Shown here one piece after another: positions 10,737 to 20,564 of a DNA stretch of 64,000 bases. The notes under the pieces were generated by a model. It ran no database searches and was not told where the DNA came from. It was given only the letters and a program-made list of their open reading frames with translations. The first letter of the stretch is position 1, and each line of letters begins with the position of its first letter. The translations under genes and the position numbers were made by a program. The stretch lies in NCBI GenBank assembly GCA_938073905.1, contig CALJEN010000005.1, positions 244,088 to 308,087 of the forward strand. Direction: 5' to 3'. This DNA comes from an uncultured Sulfolobales archaeon. Its GTDB lineage: Archaea; Thermoproteota; Thermoprotei_A; Sulfolobales; NBVN01.

Positions 10737-11095
10737 GCTATCACCCTAACGTTAGACCCGTGAGGGTTGAGCCGCACGAGCTCCCGTATGGAGAGAGCTG
10801 TGCCGCCCGCGCTGCCGATCTTCTCCAAGGCTTTCCTCGAAAAGGAGAGGGCGGCCACGACCACCGGCTTCTCGAGCACACCGGAGCCGAGCACCTTTCC
10901 GGGCACGACGACGTACTCGCTCTGGCTAGCGTACCTGTTTATCTTGCTTAGGTTGACCGCCACGCGCCTCCTGGCCGGTCTCTCAAGCATCTCCGCTACG
11001 TAGTCCCAGATCTCGACCCCCTGCTGGCTAGAGGCTTTCCTCAGCTCTCTGATGAGCTTCCTCAGGACTACGTTGGTCGGTCCGGTCCTCCTCAT
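10733..11095 (-). CDS. rpl18e: 50S ribosomal protein L18e (eL18)
   Basis: The track ORF extends to 11305, but that extension overlaps rpoD. The internal ATG at 11095 (ATGA overlap with the rpoD stop) gives MRRTGPTNVVLRKLIRELRK..., a typical L18e of 120 aa. Confidence 0.88.
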   Translation of the reverse strand: MRRTGPTNVVLRKLIRELRKASSQQGVEIWDYVAEMLERPARRRVAVNLSKINRYASQSEYVVVPGKVLGSGVLEKPVVVAALSFSRKALEKIGSAGGTALSIRELVRLNPHGSNVRVIA

Positions 11096-11925
11096 GCGCT
11101 TACACCCACGCTCGAGAAAACTCTGTCGAGCTCGCGGCGGAGCTCTAGCAGCTTCCTCTTGGTCTGGGCCACGGACTCGAGGACTATCCTCTCCGGTCTC
11201 AGGGCACCGGAGGACTCCACGCGCAGCTTGTACTCGTCCCTGCGCCAGTCGAGCTCTATGGCCTCTGGCTCGCAGACCTTGACGCACTGCCTGCAGAGAG
11301 TGCACCTATCCTCGTCGACGCGAAGCCTCCCGCTCTCGATGACTAACGCCTTGGACGGACAGTTCTCGGCACAGAGACCGCAGAGAGTGCACCTCTCGGC
11401 GAGTACCTTAATCTTCGGGATGTATGAGAGTACGGAGACCACTGCGGGTGACCACTTGATGTGTTCCCTCCCCCTACCTAGCCTGGCTCGCGCCTCGAGG
11501 GATACCCTCTGCCGGGGCCCCAGCTTGAGGATCGGGATGTCGCTGTAGACCGGGACTACCTCGGGGTCCTCCTGGGGTCTCAGGTCTCCGGAGTAGACGG
11601 TCACCTCCCTTCCCGGCTCTCCATCGGCCTCGAGGTACAGGCTCGCGTAGCACCCGTCCGGTGGGCTATCGCCCCTGCAGTCCTCGGGTTGCCTGTAGCG
11701 CTCGAGAGCGCTGTCGGACTTCAGAGGAACCATGGCTAGGCGGTGGGCTATGATCTCGTCGCTCAGAGCCGACGTGTTTTCGTAGAAGACCACGTAGTCT
11801 ATAGCGATCGTGGGCACCTCCTCCATCGCTGCCCTCCTTATCGCGTTCGCGTACTCTAGCGGGACTCCGCGTAGGACCAAGGTTATTTCGAGGTCACCCC
11901 TCTCCGCTACCTCCACGCTGACCAT
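11092..11925 (-). CDS. rpoD: DNA-directed RNA polymerase subunit D (Rpo3) with ferredoxin-like 4Fe-4S domain
   Basis: 277 aa. It has Cys clusters CTLCGLCAENCP and CTLCRQCVKVCEP, as in crenarchaeal RpoD. Operon context fits. Confidence 0.9.
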   Translation of the reverse strand: MVSVEVAERGDLEITLVLRGVPLEYANAIRRAAMEEVPTIAIDYVVFYENTSALSDEIIAHRLAMVPLKSDSALERYRQPEDCRGDSPPDGCYASLYLEADGEPGREVTVYSGDLRPQEDPEVVPVYSDIPILKLGPRQRVSLEARARLGRGREHIKWSPAVVSVLSYIPKIKVLAERCTLCGLCAENCPSKALVIESGRLRVDEDRCTLCRQCVKVCEPEAIELDWRRDEYKLRVESSGALRPERIVLESVAQTKRKLLELRRELDRVFSSVGVSA

Positions 11926-11934
11926 GTGGCATCC

Positions 11935-12336
11935 CTACACTCTCCTACCGCGGCGGCCTCCGGGCCTCCTAGTGGTATCGTGGGGTATGGGGGTCACGTC
12001 CTCGATCCTCCCTATTATGAGTCCCGACCTAGCGATGGCCCTTATGGCCGCCTGGGCACCGGGGCCTGGGATCTTGGGTCCGTGTCCGCCGACTCCCCTG
12101 ACCTTGATGTGAACGGCCGAAACCCCCTTATCCATGGCGTCCTGGGAAGCTCTGTACGCTATCATCATCGCGGTGTAGGGGGAGGGCTTCTCTCTGTCGG
12201 CCTTCACGACCATGCCCCCAGACCACCTCGAGATCGTCTCAGCACCGCTGAGGTCTGTCACGTGCACTATCGTGTTGTTGAACGAGCTGAATACGTGGAC
12301 GACGCCCCACTTGAGCTCTCTCAGCGACATTCCCAC
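11935..12336 (-). CDS. rps11: 30S ribosomal protein S11 (uS11)
   Basis: 133 aa with [18 protein letters not shown] and the C-terminal [17 protein letters not shown]. Confidence 0.92.
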   Translation of the reverse strand: MGMSLRELKWGVVHVFSSFNNTIVHVTDLSGAETISRWSGGMVVKADREKPSPYTAMMIAYRASQDAMDKGVSAVHIKVRGVGGHGPKIPGPGAQAAIRAIARSGLIIGRIEDVTPIPHDTTRRPGGRRGRRV

Positions 12337-12346
12337 GCGCGCTCAC

Positions 12347-12877
12347 CTACCGGGCTGCCTGGGCTACCGACGCCCGCCTCTCGTAGTAAGGAGAGGTGGG
12401 AGCGTAGTCTACCATGCTCTCCTCGCGCCTCGTCACCAGCCTGCCGGGAGTCCTCACCCTGCGCCCCGCTATCGCCACGTGCCCGTGCGCCACCAGCTGC
12501 CTAGCCTCGTGTATGGTCTTAGCCAACCCCTTCCTGTAGACTATGGTCTGCAACCGCCTCTCCAAGACGCTCCTGACGGACAGCCCGAGTATGTCGTCGA
12601 TAGTGCTCTTCTCGCTCTCCAGCAGGCCCATCTCGTAGAGCTTCTTCACCAGGGCCCTCTCCTTAGCCATCCTCTCGGCCTCCGGGAGCGAGAGGAGGGC
12701 CTTTGCCCTGTCCCTGATCGTCCTCAGCACGGTCTGAGCCTTCCACAGCTCCCTCTTGTTCCTAAGGCCGTACTGTCCCACGAGCTCCATCTCCTCCGCT
12801 AGCCTCTCCTTTATCCAGGGGTGACCGGGCCTCTCCCACGTCTTCCTAGGCTTCTTGGGGTCTCCCATGCTGTCCAC
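12347..12877 (-). CDS. rps4: 30S ribosomal protein S4 (uS4)
   Basis: 176 aa with GDPKKPRKTWERP and the S4 domain LERRLQTIVYRKGLAKTIHEARQLVAHGHVAI. Confidence 0.92.
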   Translation of the reverse strand: MDSMGDPKKPRKTWERPGHPWIKERLAEEMELVGQYGLRNKRELWKAQTVLRTIRDRAKALLSLPEAERMAKERALVKKLYEMGLLESEKSTIDDILGLSVRSVLERRLQTIVYRKGLAKTIHEARQLVAHGHVAIAGRRVRTPGRLVTRREESMVDYAPTSPYYERRASVAQAAR

Positions 12878-13330
12878 CTATTTCTGTTTCGACTTGCCCT
12901 TGGTGACCCCCACCACCGGGCCTATCCTGCCGGTGGTGTGAGTGCGCTGGCCCCGGACCTTGAGGCCCAGGGAGTGCCTCACCCCCCTCCACGACCTGAT
13001 CCTTATCTCCCTCTCTATGTCCTGCTTGACGGCGAGGATCAGGTCCGAGCCCAGCAGGTGCTTGTCCGTGCCCGCCTCGTAGTCCTTCCTCCTGTTGACC
13101 ATCCATGGCGGAACCCCGTACCTCACCGGGTCTCTCAGAAAGCTCTCGATGCTCTCGACGCTCCTCTCGTCGAGGTACCCTACCTTCATCCGGGGGTCCA
13201 GCCCCAGCCTCGTTGCACAGGCCCTCGCTATCCTCGGTCCGACTCCCTTGATTTTCGTCAGTCCGTACTCCAGAGGCAAGTCTCCTTCTACGTCCACACC
13301 GGCTATCCTCACTATGTGTCTGAACGACAC
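12878..13330 (-). CDS. rps13: 30S ribosomal protein S13 (uS13)
   Basis: 150 aa with IVRIAGVDVEGDLPLEYGLTKIKGVG and RGQRTHTTGR. It is the first gene of the operon. A CTTAAATATC box lies upstream on the minus strand (~13352-13365). Confidence 0.92.
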   Translation of the reverse strand: MSFRHIVRIAGVDVEGDLPLEYGLTKIKGVGPRIARACATRLGLDPRMKVGYLDERSVESIESFLRDPVRYGVPPWMVNRRKDYEAGTDKHLLGSDLILAVKQDIEREIRIRSWRGVRHSLGLKVRGQRTHTTGRIGPVVGVTKGKSKQK

Positions 13331-13553
13331 CTCCCGCTACCTAAACCAGGGGGTATGTGAAGATATTTAAGTTTTAGCCGAGACCCGGAGACCGCCGGCA
13401 GCGGCCCGCCTCCGCTCTCCGGCCCAGCCCACCGCTCCGCACCGAGGGAGAGGGGGTGAGTTTCCCCTCGCCGGCTCTCGTCTACACCCGCTGGCGACGG
13501 GGAGCTTATAACGTCCTGCCGACAGCTCCTCCCGGTGAACAGCCACGGTAAGG

Positions 13554-14255
13554 GTGGTGTCGTTCGACCTCTGGTTCACCCTGATCTGGGAAAAGCAGCC
13601 CGAGGACGAGGAGCTATACGACAGCATGAGGATAAGGGCCGTCTCCGAGTCTCTCAGGTCTAGAGGCTACGAGGTCGGCATCGACGACGTGCGCAGGCTC
13701 TACGAGAGCCTCAAGGCCGTCAAGACCCTCGTGAGCAGCAGGGAGCTGGTATCGATGATGCTGGCGGGCCTGAAGCTGGGGGGAGGCGACGAGCTTATCG
13801 ACTACCTAGCGGAGGCGTACGAGACCTCGACGGACGGCTTTAGACCCAGGGGGAACCCGGAGGCTCTGGACGTGCTGCCGAAGCTCAAGGACATGGGGCT
13901 GAGGGTGGCCGTGGTCAGCAACACGAGCTTTAGCGCTAGGGGGGTCGTGGCGCTCCTGAAGAGCGTCGGTCTCGCGGACTACGTCGATGCCGTGGTCTCC
14001 TCGTCCGACCTGGGGCGCGTCAAGCCGCAGAGAGCGATATTCCGGGAGCTGCTGAGGCTGGTCGGAGCGGAGCCGGCCGAGGTAGTGCACGTGGGAGACG
14101 CCTGCGTCGAGGACGTGCTGGGAGCCCTCGGCAGCGGCCTGCGCGCGGTCTACTACACGGGTCTCCTCCACCTGAGGGGAGCGAAGCCCAGCACCCTCTG
14201 CGAGGGCCTCGTGCCGACCATTAGGAGTCTGAGAGAGCTGCCGACACTGCTGTGA
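13554..14255 (+). CDS. HAD-superfamily hydrolase
   Basis: 233 aa with motif I SFDLWFTL, motif II VVSNTS, and motifs III/IV K...HVGD. Confidence 0.75.
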   Translation: MVSFDLWFTLIWEKQPEDEELYDSMRIRAVSESLRSRGYEVGIDDVRRLYESLKAVKTLVSSRELVSMMLAGLKLGGGDELIDYLAEAYETSTDGFRPRGNPEALDVLPKLKDMGLRVAVVSNTSFSARGVVALLKSVGLADYVDAVVSSSDLGRVKPQRAIFRELLRLVGAEPAEVVHVGDACVEDVLGALGSGLRAVYYTGLLHLRGAKPSTLCEGLVPTIRSLRELPTLL

Positions 14256-14418
14256 GCAGCGCGGGCACCGCGCTCGGCCGAGAGGTCTTCGCTCTCACCG
14301 TCCGGCGCGTCGCCCACACCTCTTCTCGCTCGAAGACGCCGTCCCCCGTTGACGACCTTTTCAGGAACCGACCTCGCGCACCGGGCCACGGGGTCTGGGC
14401 TGAAGAGCCGGCCGGTGC

Positions 14419-15963
14419 TCAAATCCTCGGGATCACCAGCTCCTTCTCCGCGAAGTCTCCGAGCTTGCGGTACACGTCGTTGGCCTTCCACCGGATCATT
14501 GCCATGAAGTACCTCAACAGAAGCCTCAGAGCCGCTCTGTCCCTCAAGTAGAACTCGGCCATTATCCTCTCGGCCCACATGAGGCTGTGGTCTAGGGCCA
14601 CCTTCATCGCCTCTACGTGCTCTCGGGTTATCCTGACCCTGGCTATCACGTCCCGCTGCCCCCTCAGCCTCCCCATCGGGACGAAGATCATCGGGACTAT
14701 TATCGACCTGTAGCTCCTCAGCCTCTCTATGAGCTCGATGGTCTTGACCACGTCCTCGGGGGTCTCCCCGGGCATGTTGAGTATGAACGTGGCCGCCGGG
14801 AGTATCCTGAGCTCGTGCATTATGGAGAACGCCTCCTCCACCACCTCCGGGTACCTCTCGGGGGGAAACGGTGCGGACTTGCCGGGCATCACTATCTTCG
14901 CGAGCCTCGGGGAGCCGGTCTCGATGCCCACTTCGACGCCTATGTAGTCCTGTTCCATCTTCGAGTAGACCGTCTCAGTTATCTTGCTGAGCAGCCTGCC
15001 CTGCCGCTGCGCGACGACAGCAGCGGCAAGCGATATGTGGGACCACGCGATGCTCTTGAGGTGCTTGGCGGCGAGCTCGTGCAGCTTCATCAACGGCTCC
15101 TCGTTCGGTACGACTCCGGTCGACCCGTAGAGGAGGACGTCCTCCGAGTGGAGCACGCCCCCGGTTATACCGCTCGAGAGGTTTACCAGGATCTCCTTCT
15201 CTACGAGCTCCAAGGGGATGTGGCGCAGGGGCCTCAGCGTCACGCTGCAGAAGGAGCAGCCCCTGGGACAGCCCCTCATTACCTCGACGAGCCCGTTGAT
15301 GCTCGCACCCCTTATCGCCGGTATCTGCTCGATCCCCGGGACGTAGTTCGAGCCCACCTGGATGTACCTGGGCAGGGGCTCGCCGTCTAGAATCCTCTGC
15401 GCTATCTCCTTAACGGCGAGCTCCGCCTCCCCCTCGATCACCGTGTCGACCCCCCACTCGTCGATCTTGTCCTCCTCCCACTGCCACTGCCAGGCCGCGG
15501 GTCCCCCGACCACTATCCTGAAGCCGTACCTCTTCTTGTAGCCGGAGAGCTTGCCCATGAACCTGGTGAACAGTCTCCTGTTGATGGGCACCCTCCCGGT
15601 GATGAGCCACCACTCCGACGACGGGGGACCGTAGGCGAAGAAGTCGTGGTGCCCCACGAGGACAGCCTTCGCTGTCCTCACGTACCTGGGGACGTAGTCC
15701 GGGTCTACTATCGAGGCCTTGAAGCCGGACTCCACTAGGGCGGCCTCTATCTTCCTGAGTCCGTAGGGAGCCTCTGTGGGCCTCCCCTCCCTGTCCACCC
15801 TGGGCTTGGGGCAGCAGATGAAGCGCCAGAGGGTCTCGGGTAGGAACACGGGAGGACCCGTGGCGACGAAGCCCAGGAACTCGCGCCCGTGGTGGTTGGA
15901 CATCATGCTCCTGTCGGTAGTGATCACGAAGTCGACCTCCATGGGCCCTCCGCTCTCCTTCAC
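14419..15963 (-). CDS. radical SAM protein with N-terminal B12-binding-like domain
   Basis: 514 aa. CX3CX2C cluster in VMRGCPRGCSFCSV; the N-terminal ~200 aa is Rossmann-like. Confidence 0.8.
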   Translation of the reverse strand: MKESGGPMEVDFVITTDRSMMSNHHGREFLGFVATGPPVFLPETLWRFICCPKPRVDREGRPTEAPYGLRKIEAALVESGFKASIVDPDYVPRYVRTAKAVLVGHHDFFAYGPPSSEWWLITGRVPINRRLFTRFMGKLSGYKKRYGFRIVVGGPAAWQWQWEEDKIDEWGVDTVIEGEAELAVKEIAQRILDGEPLPRYIQVGSNYVPGIEQIPAIRGASINGLVEVMRGCPRGCSFCSVTLRPLRHIPLELVEKEILVNLSSGITGGVLHSEDVLLYGSTGVVPNEEPLMKLHELAAKHLKSIAWSHISLAAAVVAQRQGRLLSKITETVYSKMEQDYIGVEVGIETGSPRLAKIVMPGKSAPFPPERYPEVVEEAFSIMHELRILPAATFILNMPGETPEDVVKTIELIERLRSYRSIIVPMIFVPMGRLRGQRDVIARVRITREHVEAMKVALDHSLMWAERIMAEFYLRDRAALRLLLRYFMAMIRWKANDVYRKLGDFAEKELVIPRI

Positions 15964-15996
15964 TCTCTAGAATAAAAGCCCCGGTAACGCGGTACG

Positions 15997-16761
15997 ATGT
16001 GGTTGCCGATAGTGGCGGAAACGCCCCTCAAGCGCGCGAGGCTCAGAGCGTACGTCAACACCATAGCCGACATGATTGCGGAAGTGGAAGCTGGCAACAG
16101 TATAAGCCGGCAGTGGGTCGTGGAGAAGCTCAGAAGGTCTCTCGAGGAGGCTCGAGTCGAGCCGTTCAGAGGGATCCGGCACTCAGAGGACGTGTACGAG
16201 AAGGAGCTCACGAGCGTCTACATCGTGGCAACGCGGATAATGAGGTTGCCCTTCGGGAGGCTCTCGGGCATATTCGAAGAGGTGTTCTCGAGCGAGATCA
16301 ACCTGGACAGGGTGACCACCGTAGTCAAGAGGCGCGGAGAGCCCGGAGAGACGCGGTCCGCCGTCGAGAGCTACCTGGGCAGGGCGGACGAGGCCAACCT
16401 GAGCAGGATCATCAGGTTCCTGACCACCGAGTACTACCTAGACCTCATCGGGGAGGACGAGGCGGTGAGGTCCGTGAGGAACCTCGTACGAGCCTACCCG
16501 GAACTCTCGGACAAGTTCGGGAGGATGACCAAGTTCTTCGTGGCCGTGGTCGTCGGTAGCAAGATAGCGACCGATGAGATAAGAGCTGCGATCGACATGG
16601 AGGCTCGGAAGAAAGCCATCGCGATAAGCCTTGGACTGAGCCGCGGAGCTCCCAGCGATGAGTACCTCGTCGACGTCGCTAAGATAGTGTACGGGAACGG
16701 CGGGAGCATCAGGAGGCTTGCTGAGGTGCTAAAGAACCGGTCAACGAGGTTCGGGCGGTAG
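15997..16761 (+). CDS. hypothetical protein (254 aa, predicted alpha-helical, cytoplasmic)
   Basis: ATG ORF with genome-typical codons, divergent from the radical SAM gene across a 33-bp gap that contains AATAAAAG. No motif recognised. Confidence 0.6.
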   Translation: MWLPIVAETPLKRARLRAYVNTIADMIAEVEAGNSISRQWVVEKLRRSLEEARVEPFRGIRHSEDVYEKELTSVYIVATRIMRLPFGRLSGIFEEVFSSEINLDRVTTVVKRRGEPGETRSAVESYLGRADEANLSRIIRFLTTEYYLDLIGEDEAVRSVRNLVRAYPELSDKFGRMTKFFVAVVVGSKIATDEIRAAIDMEARKKAIAISLGLSRGAPSDEYLVDVAKIVYGNGGSIRRLAEVLKNRSTRFGR

Positions 16762-17006
16762 GGCCAGCGCGTTCCCGCGCTACAGAAATCCGGGCGTGCC
16801 TCGCGCGTAACGAAGGGGCCTCGGACTAAAGGCAAAGGTTCCTGAAGAGTCCGAGGGAGACGGCTGCTCCCGTCTCTAGAGGGCGGCGCGAGCGCCGTAG
16901 TGAAACGCTGTGGTGCTTGTTGCCGCTCTCCAGAGGAATCTACCCGAGTCTTGCCAGAAACGTTTCCGCGAAGCGGTACGGGACTCTTACTCCAGGAGCT
17001 CTCGCT

Positions 17007-17261
17007 CTACGGCAGCAGTACAGCTATGGCTATCAGGGCTACTCCGAGTATGGTCAGCGCCAGCGTGAGCCTCTTTATCTTGAGGTTCCACACGAGCCTC
17101 CCGAGCTTCACCAGCCCGTAGGCGGCGTAGACTGCGGCCATGAAGAGCAGTAGCATCAGCCCGGCGGTGGCAACGACCCTCGCCGGGTCGCTTCCCGAGA
17201 ACAGCCTAGCGAAGGGCTCGAGAATGCTCCTGGAGGCCTCTATTACGGTCTCGACGCCCAT
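17007..17261 (-). CDS. small membrane protein (2 predicted TM helices)
   Basis: 84 aa with hydrophobic stretches GLMLLLFMAAVYAAYGLV and LALTILGVALIAIAVLL. Confidence 0.45.
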   Translation of the reverse strand: MGVETVIEASRSILEPFARLFSGSDPARVVATAGLMLLLFMAAVYAAYGLVKLGRLVWNLKIKRLTLALTILGVALIAIAVLLP

Positions 17262-17323
17262 AGTACCCCGTTCGTTTCTGGGCCCGGCATTGCTTATAAA
17301 GCAGCGGGCACAACGTGTCCCGG

Positions 17324-18616
17324 TTACGATCTTCCGAGGGCTCCCCTGCCAGCGTACCTCGAGTCTCCCGAGAGGTAGTCCTCGATCCTGAGCAGCTCGT
17401 TGTACTTGGACGTCCTCTCGCCCCTAGCCGGGGCACCGGTCTTTATCAGACCGGTGCCGTAGGCCACCGCTATGTGCGCTATCGAGGCGTCCTCAGTCTC
17501 GCCACTCCTGTGGCTCACGATGGCCCTGCCCCCCAGCCTCTTGAGGAGCTCTATCGACTCCTCGGCCTCGACGAGCGTCCCGACCTGGTTGATCTTTACT
17601 ATCGCACCGTCTATAGCTCCCTCGGAGAAGTGCCTGGAGACGAGCTCCGCTCTCGTCACCGTCAGGTCGTCGCCTATGACCAGAGCCCTGCCCCCGAGGG
17701 CCGACCTCAGCTCCCGGAAGTAGTGGGGCTGGTCCTCGGCGAACGGGTCCTCGATGCTGACCACGGGGAACTCGGAGACTATGCTCGCGTAGAGCTCCAG
17801 CAGACCGTCGCTCTCGAGCCTCCTGCCGTCTACTAGGTAGGCCCCGTCGCGGTAGGAGTGGGACGCGGCCGCATCTATGGCTAGTACGAAGTCCTCGCCG
17901 ACCTCGTAGCCAGCCTCCGAGACGGCCCTCGCTATAGCCTCCAGGGCCTCCCTAGTCTCCCTCATCGGTGGAGCGAAGCCCCCCTCGTCCCCCACGTTGA
18001 TGGCCTGCGGTCCGTAGGTCTTCTTGAGGAGCTCCTTCAGGGTCTTGTAGACCTCCACGGCCATCCTGAGGGCTTCGGAGAACGTCGAGGCCCCCACGGG
18101 AGCGACCATGAACTCCTGGAACGAGAGCTCGTTGCCCGCGTGAGCCCCGCCGTTGATTATGTTCATGAGGGGCACCGGGAGAGTCCTCGCGAGCCTCCCC
18201 CCGAGGAACTCGAATAGGGGGAGCCCCGCCGTGTCCGCGGCAGCGTTGACCACGGCCAGAGAGGTGGCGGTCGTGGCGTTGGCGCCCAGCCTGGACTTGT
18301 TCGGCGTCCCGTCGACCTCTATGATCCTCCTGTCGACCTCCCTGAACCTGTGGGAGCTCATCCCGACTATCGCCGGCGCTATGTACCTGTTCACCGCCGC
18401 CACGGCGCTCTCGACGCCCCTGCCGAGGTACCTCCTGCCCCCGTCCCTGAGCTCCACGGCCTCCCTGAGGCCCCGCGATGCTCCGGCGGGGGCCGTGCCC
18501 CTTCCGCAGCCTCCCCCCTTCGTCACCACGACGACCTCGACCGTGGGGTCCCCCCTCGAGTCGAGCACCTGCAGGGCTCTCACGTGCTCTATCGCGAACT
18601 CGGACACCCGCTCCAC
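17324..18616 (-). CDS. eno: enolase (phosphopyruvate hydratase)
   Basis: Contains VLDSRGDPTVEV, SHRSGETED and KTGAPARGERTSKYNELLRIE. The track start at 18682 overlaps the upstream gene. The GTG at 18616 is preceded by GGAGG and gives 430 aa. Confidence 0.92.
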   Translation of the reverse strand: MERVSEFAIEHVRALQVLDSRGDPTVEVVVVTKGGGCGRGTAPAGASRGLREAVELRDGGRRYLGRGVESAVAAVNRYIAPAIVGMSSHRFREVDRRIIEVDGTPNKSRLGANATTATSLAVVNAAADTAGLPLFEFLGGRLARTLPVPLMNIINGGAHAGNELSFQEFMVAPVGASTFSEALRMAVEVYKTLKELLKKTYGPQAINVGDEGGFAPPMRETREALEAIARAVSEAGYEVGEDFVLAIDAAASHSYRDGAYLVDGRRLESDGLLELYASIVSEFPVVSIEDPFAEDQPHYFRELRSALGGRALVIGDDLTVTRAELVSRHFSEGAIDGAIVKINQVGTLVEAEESIELLKRLGGRAIVSHRSGETEDASIAHIAVAYGTGLIKTGAPARGERTSKYNELLRIEDYLSGDSRYAGRGALGRS

Positions 18617-18639
18617 CCGCCTCCTGGTCTCGGTCTCCA

Positions 18640-19275
18640 CTATAAAGACCCCGACCCGAGCAGCCTCTCGGCCTGCCTGCACGCTCTCTCGAGCTTCACC
18701 CTCGACTCGATGTCTATCAGGAGGACTCTCCAGTCGTCGATGACCTTCCGGTAGACGTCGAGCCTCCTCCTGAGCCCGGGGACCACGGGCTCGGCGAAGT
18801 CCAGCTCCGAGAGCCTCTCGTATACCTCCTCGGCTAGCTCGAAGTACCTGAAGCTCTCGGAGTACTCCCCGCTCCTCAGGAGCTCCAGCGAGAGCCTCTT
18901 CAGCTCCCCTATGAGCTCCGCGGTGCCCAGAACGTAGGGTGCGGGGTGGACGCGGAGCTCCTCGGGATCCCCGAGCCTCCCCCTGAAGACAGCGTAGAAG
19001 AGCTGCTGGGCCTCGACGTACTCGGCGGCCACCGAGTAGAAGAGACCGGAGTAGTAGAGCTCGGGGTAGGGGGAGACCCTCTCGACCAGGGACTCGAAGG
19101 CCCTGCTCAGCTCCCGGGCCGCCTCCTCGGCACCCGCCGGGTCTCTCCTGAGGACTCTCGAGACTAGCCTCTTGGAGAGGCGGGATATCTCCCTCCCGCT
19201 CTCGACGAGAGCCTCGCGGGTGGCGTCTAGGTTCGCCAGCCTCTCCTTGAGGGCCTCCAGGCGTAGACCCTCCAA
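18640..19275 (-). CDS. translin-family protein (predicted nucleic-acid binding)
   Basis: 211 aa, all-helical. YVLGTAELIGELKRLSLELLR resembles the archaeal translin-like (COG2178) signature. This rests on recall only. Confidence 0.5.
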   Translation of the reverse strand: MEGLRLEALKERLANLDATREALVESGREISRLSKRLVSRVLRRDPAGAEEAARELSRAFESLVERVSPYPELYYSGLFYSVAAEYVEAQQLFYAVFRGRLGDPEELRVHPAPYVLGTAELIGELKRLSLELLRSGEYSESFRYFELAEEVYERLSELDFAEPVVPGLRRRLDVYRKVIDDWRVLLIDIESRVKLERACRQAERLLGSGSL

Positions 19276-19381
19276 GCCACCACCGACCCTCAGATCGCGG
19301 ACAGCCTAATTTTGCGCTCGGTCGGAGCCTTCGCGGCGCGCCGGGACAGCGTTTTTATGCCTTGAACACTCGAGAATCTAG

Positions 19382-19460
19382 GCGGCGGTCGTCCAGCCTG
19401 GTCTAGGACGCCGGCCTTCCACGCCGGAGATCCCGGGTTCAAATCCCGGCCGCCGCACCA
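19382..19460 (+). tRNA. tRNA-Gly (anticodon UCC), CCA encoded
   Basis: Acceptor GCGGCGG/CCGCCGC, D stem GTCC/GGAC, anticodon stem CCGGC/GCCGG, loop CTTCCAC, T arm CCGGG-TTCAAAT-CCCGG, then A-CCA. A TTTTTATG box lies ~35 nt upstream. Confidence 0.9.
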
Positions 19461-19466
19461 CTTTCC

Positions 19467-20564
19467 TCAGAGTCTCAGGCTTTCGATAGTACTGAACAGC
19501 GCTCCTATGCTCTTGCTACCGGGTTTCAGATCGTCAATAACTTTTATCCCCCGACGCTCTAGGTCTCTCTTTACGATGTCCGGGACGCGCTCCAAAGACG
19601 CGATTATGAAGTTGTTGGGCTTGAATTTCTCTAGGTACGGTAAAATCTGTGATCGAATCTCTTTCTCCCACTTATCAAACGGGTCTTCTTTGCACTCCAC
19701 GATCAGGTCTATAGGCTTCCCGGAGCGGATGAAATTGCTGGTCCCCTCAAAATGACCCTTTACTACGACGATATCTGGTCTGATTGGGACTCGTTTCCCT
19801 GAAAACATGCTCATTACATGTGCGGTCCTGCTCGGTTGAAATTCGAGCCAAAAGGTTAAATCGCCAAAAGGGGTCTCAGCGATACACGTACTGAACCCCG
19901 ATCCTTGCTCGATCCACCAATACGCTCTTCCTTCAAATAAGTGCTCTTTGAACTTAGAAACTTTGAAAGCGTCGCACAACAGTTTAAGCACCCAGAGCTG
20001 GTATATCCGCTTTCGTGTATTTTTCAGACCCGTTATTCTCCTCCTATCGTCCGGCAGACTCATGAATGTGAAGTAGTACACCTCAGGGTCTTCGAACGCG
20101 TCCCACAACCTTGCTCCCCCTAACCTAATTTCAACGTCTCGCGCTCTCCCGTACTCCTTAACTTCACGGATCATTGGAACAAACACCCGCTCAAACTGCG
20201 TTAGAAGGGACAGCAACGTGGGATCTTTAACGCGAAATCTCAGACCACGTATCTCGTGGATGCGTTTCCTAATTGGTTCATAGTATTCCCACTTTTTAGG
20301 AACTCCCCGTTCGAAATCTTCAATTCTACATTTACATAGAAACCCCACGCCACTCCCTGAGAAGTCAAAGCAGTGTAGTACCTTCCCCGCGACTTTGTCC
20401 ACGGGGATTTCATAAACGACCTCATCCTTGTACTCGCCCGGTAGCTCCCTAACAGCGTAATCGCCTATGTGCACGAGCTCTCTTCCTTCCACAACATAGA
20501 TGTAAGATCCGCCTCTCGTACCCCTGCCCTTGATTTCTCTGACCGTTACTGTCCTCGATTCCAC
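19467..20564 (-). CDS. orphan protein with C-terminal PD-(D/E)xK (restriction-endonuclease-like) motif, on a low-GC island
   Basis: 365-aa GTG-start ORF. RPDIVVVKGH...(~20 aa)...IDLIVECKED fits D-(D/E)xK spacing. Local GC is 37-48% against 62-68% in the flanks, and it uses AAA/GAA/ATT-type codons. Confidence 0.7.
   Translation of the reverse strand: MESRTVTVREIKGRGTRGGSYIYVVEGRELVHIGDYAVRELPGEYKDEVVYEIPVDKVAGKVLHCFDFSGSGVGFLCKCRIEDFERGVPKKWEYYEPIRKRIHEIRGLRFRVKDPTLLSLLTQFERVFVPMIREVKEYGRARDVEIRLGGARLWDAFEDPEVYYFTFMSLPDDRRRITGLKNTRKRIYQLWVLKLLCDAFKVSKFKEHLFEGRAYWWIEQGSGFSTCIAETPFGDLTFWLEFQPSRTAHVMSMFSGKRVPIRPDIVVVKGHFEGTSNFIRSGKPIDLIVECKEDPFDKWEKEIRSQILPYLEKFKPNNFIIASLERVPDIVKRDLERRGIKVIDDLKPGSKSIGALFSTIESLRL

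Noticed and set aside
13380-13520. GC-rich, hairpin-prone ~140-nt stretch between the S13 operon promoter and the HAD gene (for example GAGGGGG-TGAGTTT-CCCCTC). Considered as an ncRNA.
   Set aside because: No recognisable conserved ncRNA motif (SRP, H/ACA ACA box, C/D boxes). Hairpins are expected by chance at this GC content. Cannot be supported without covariation or expression data.
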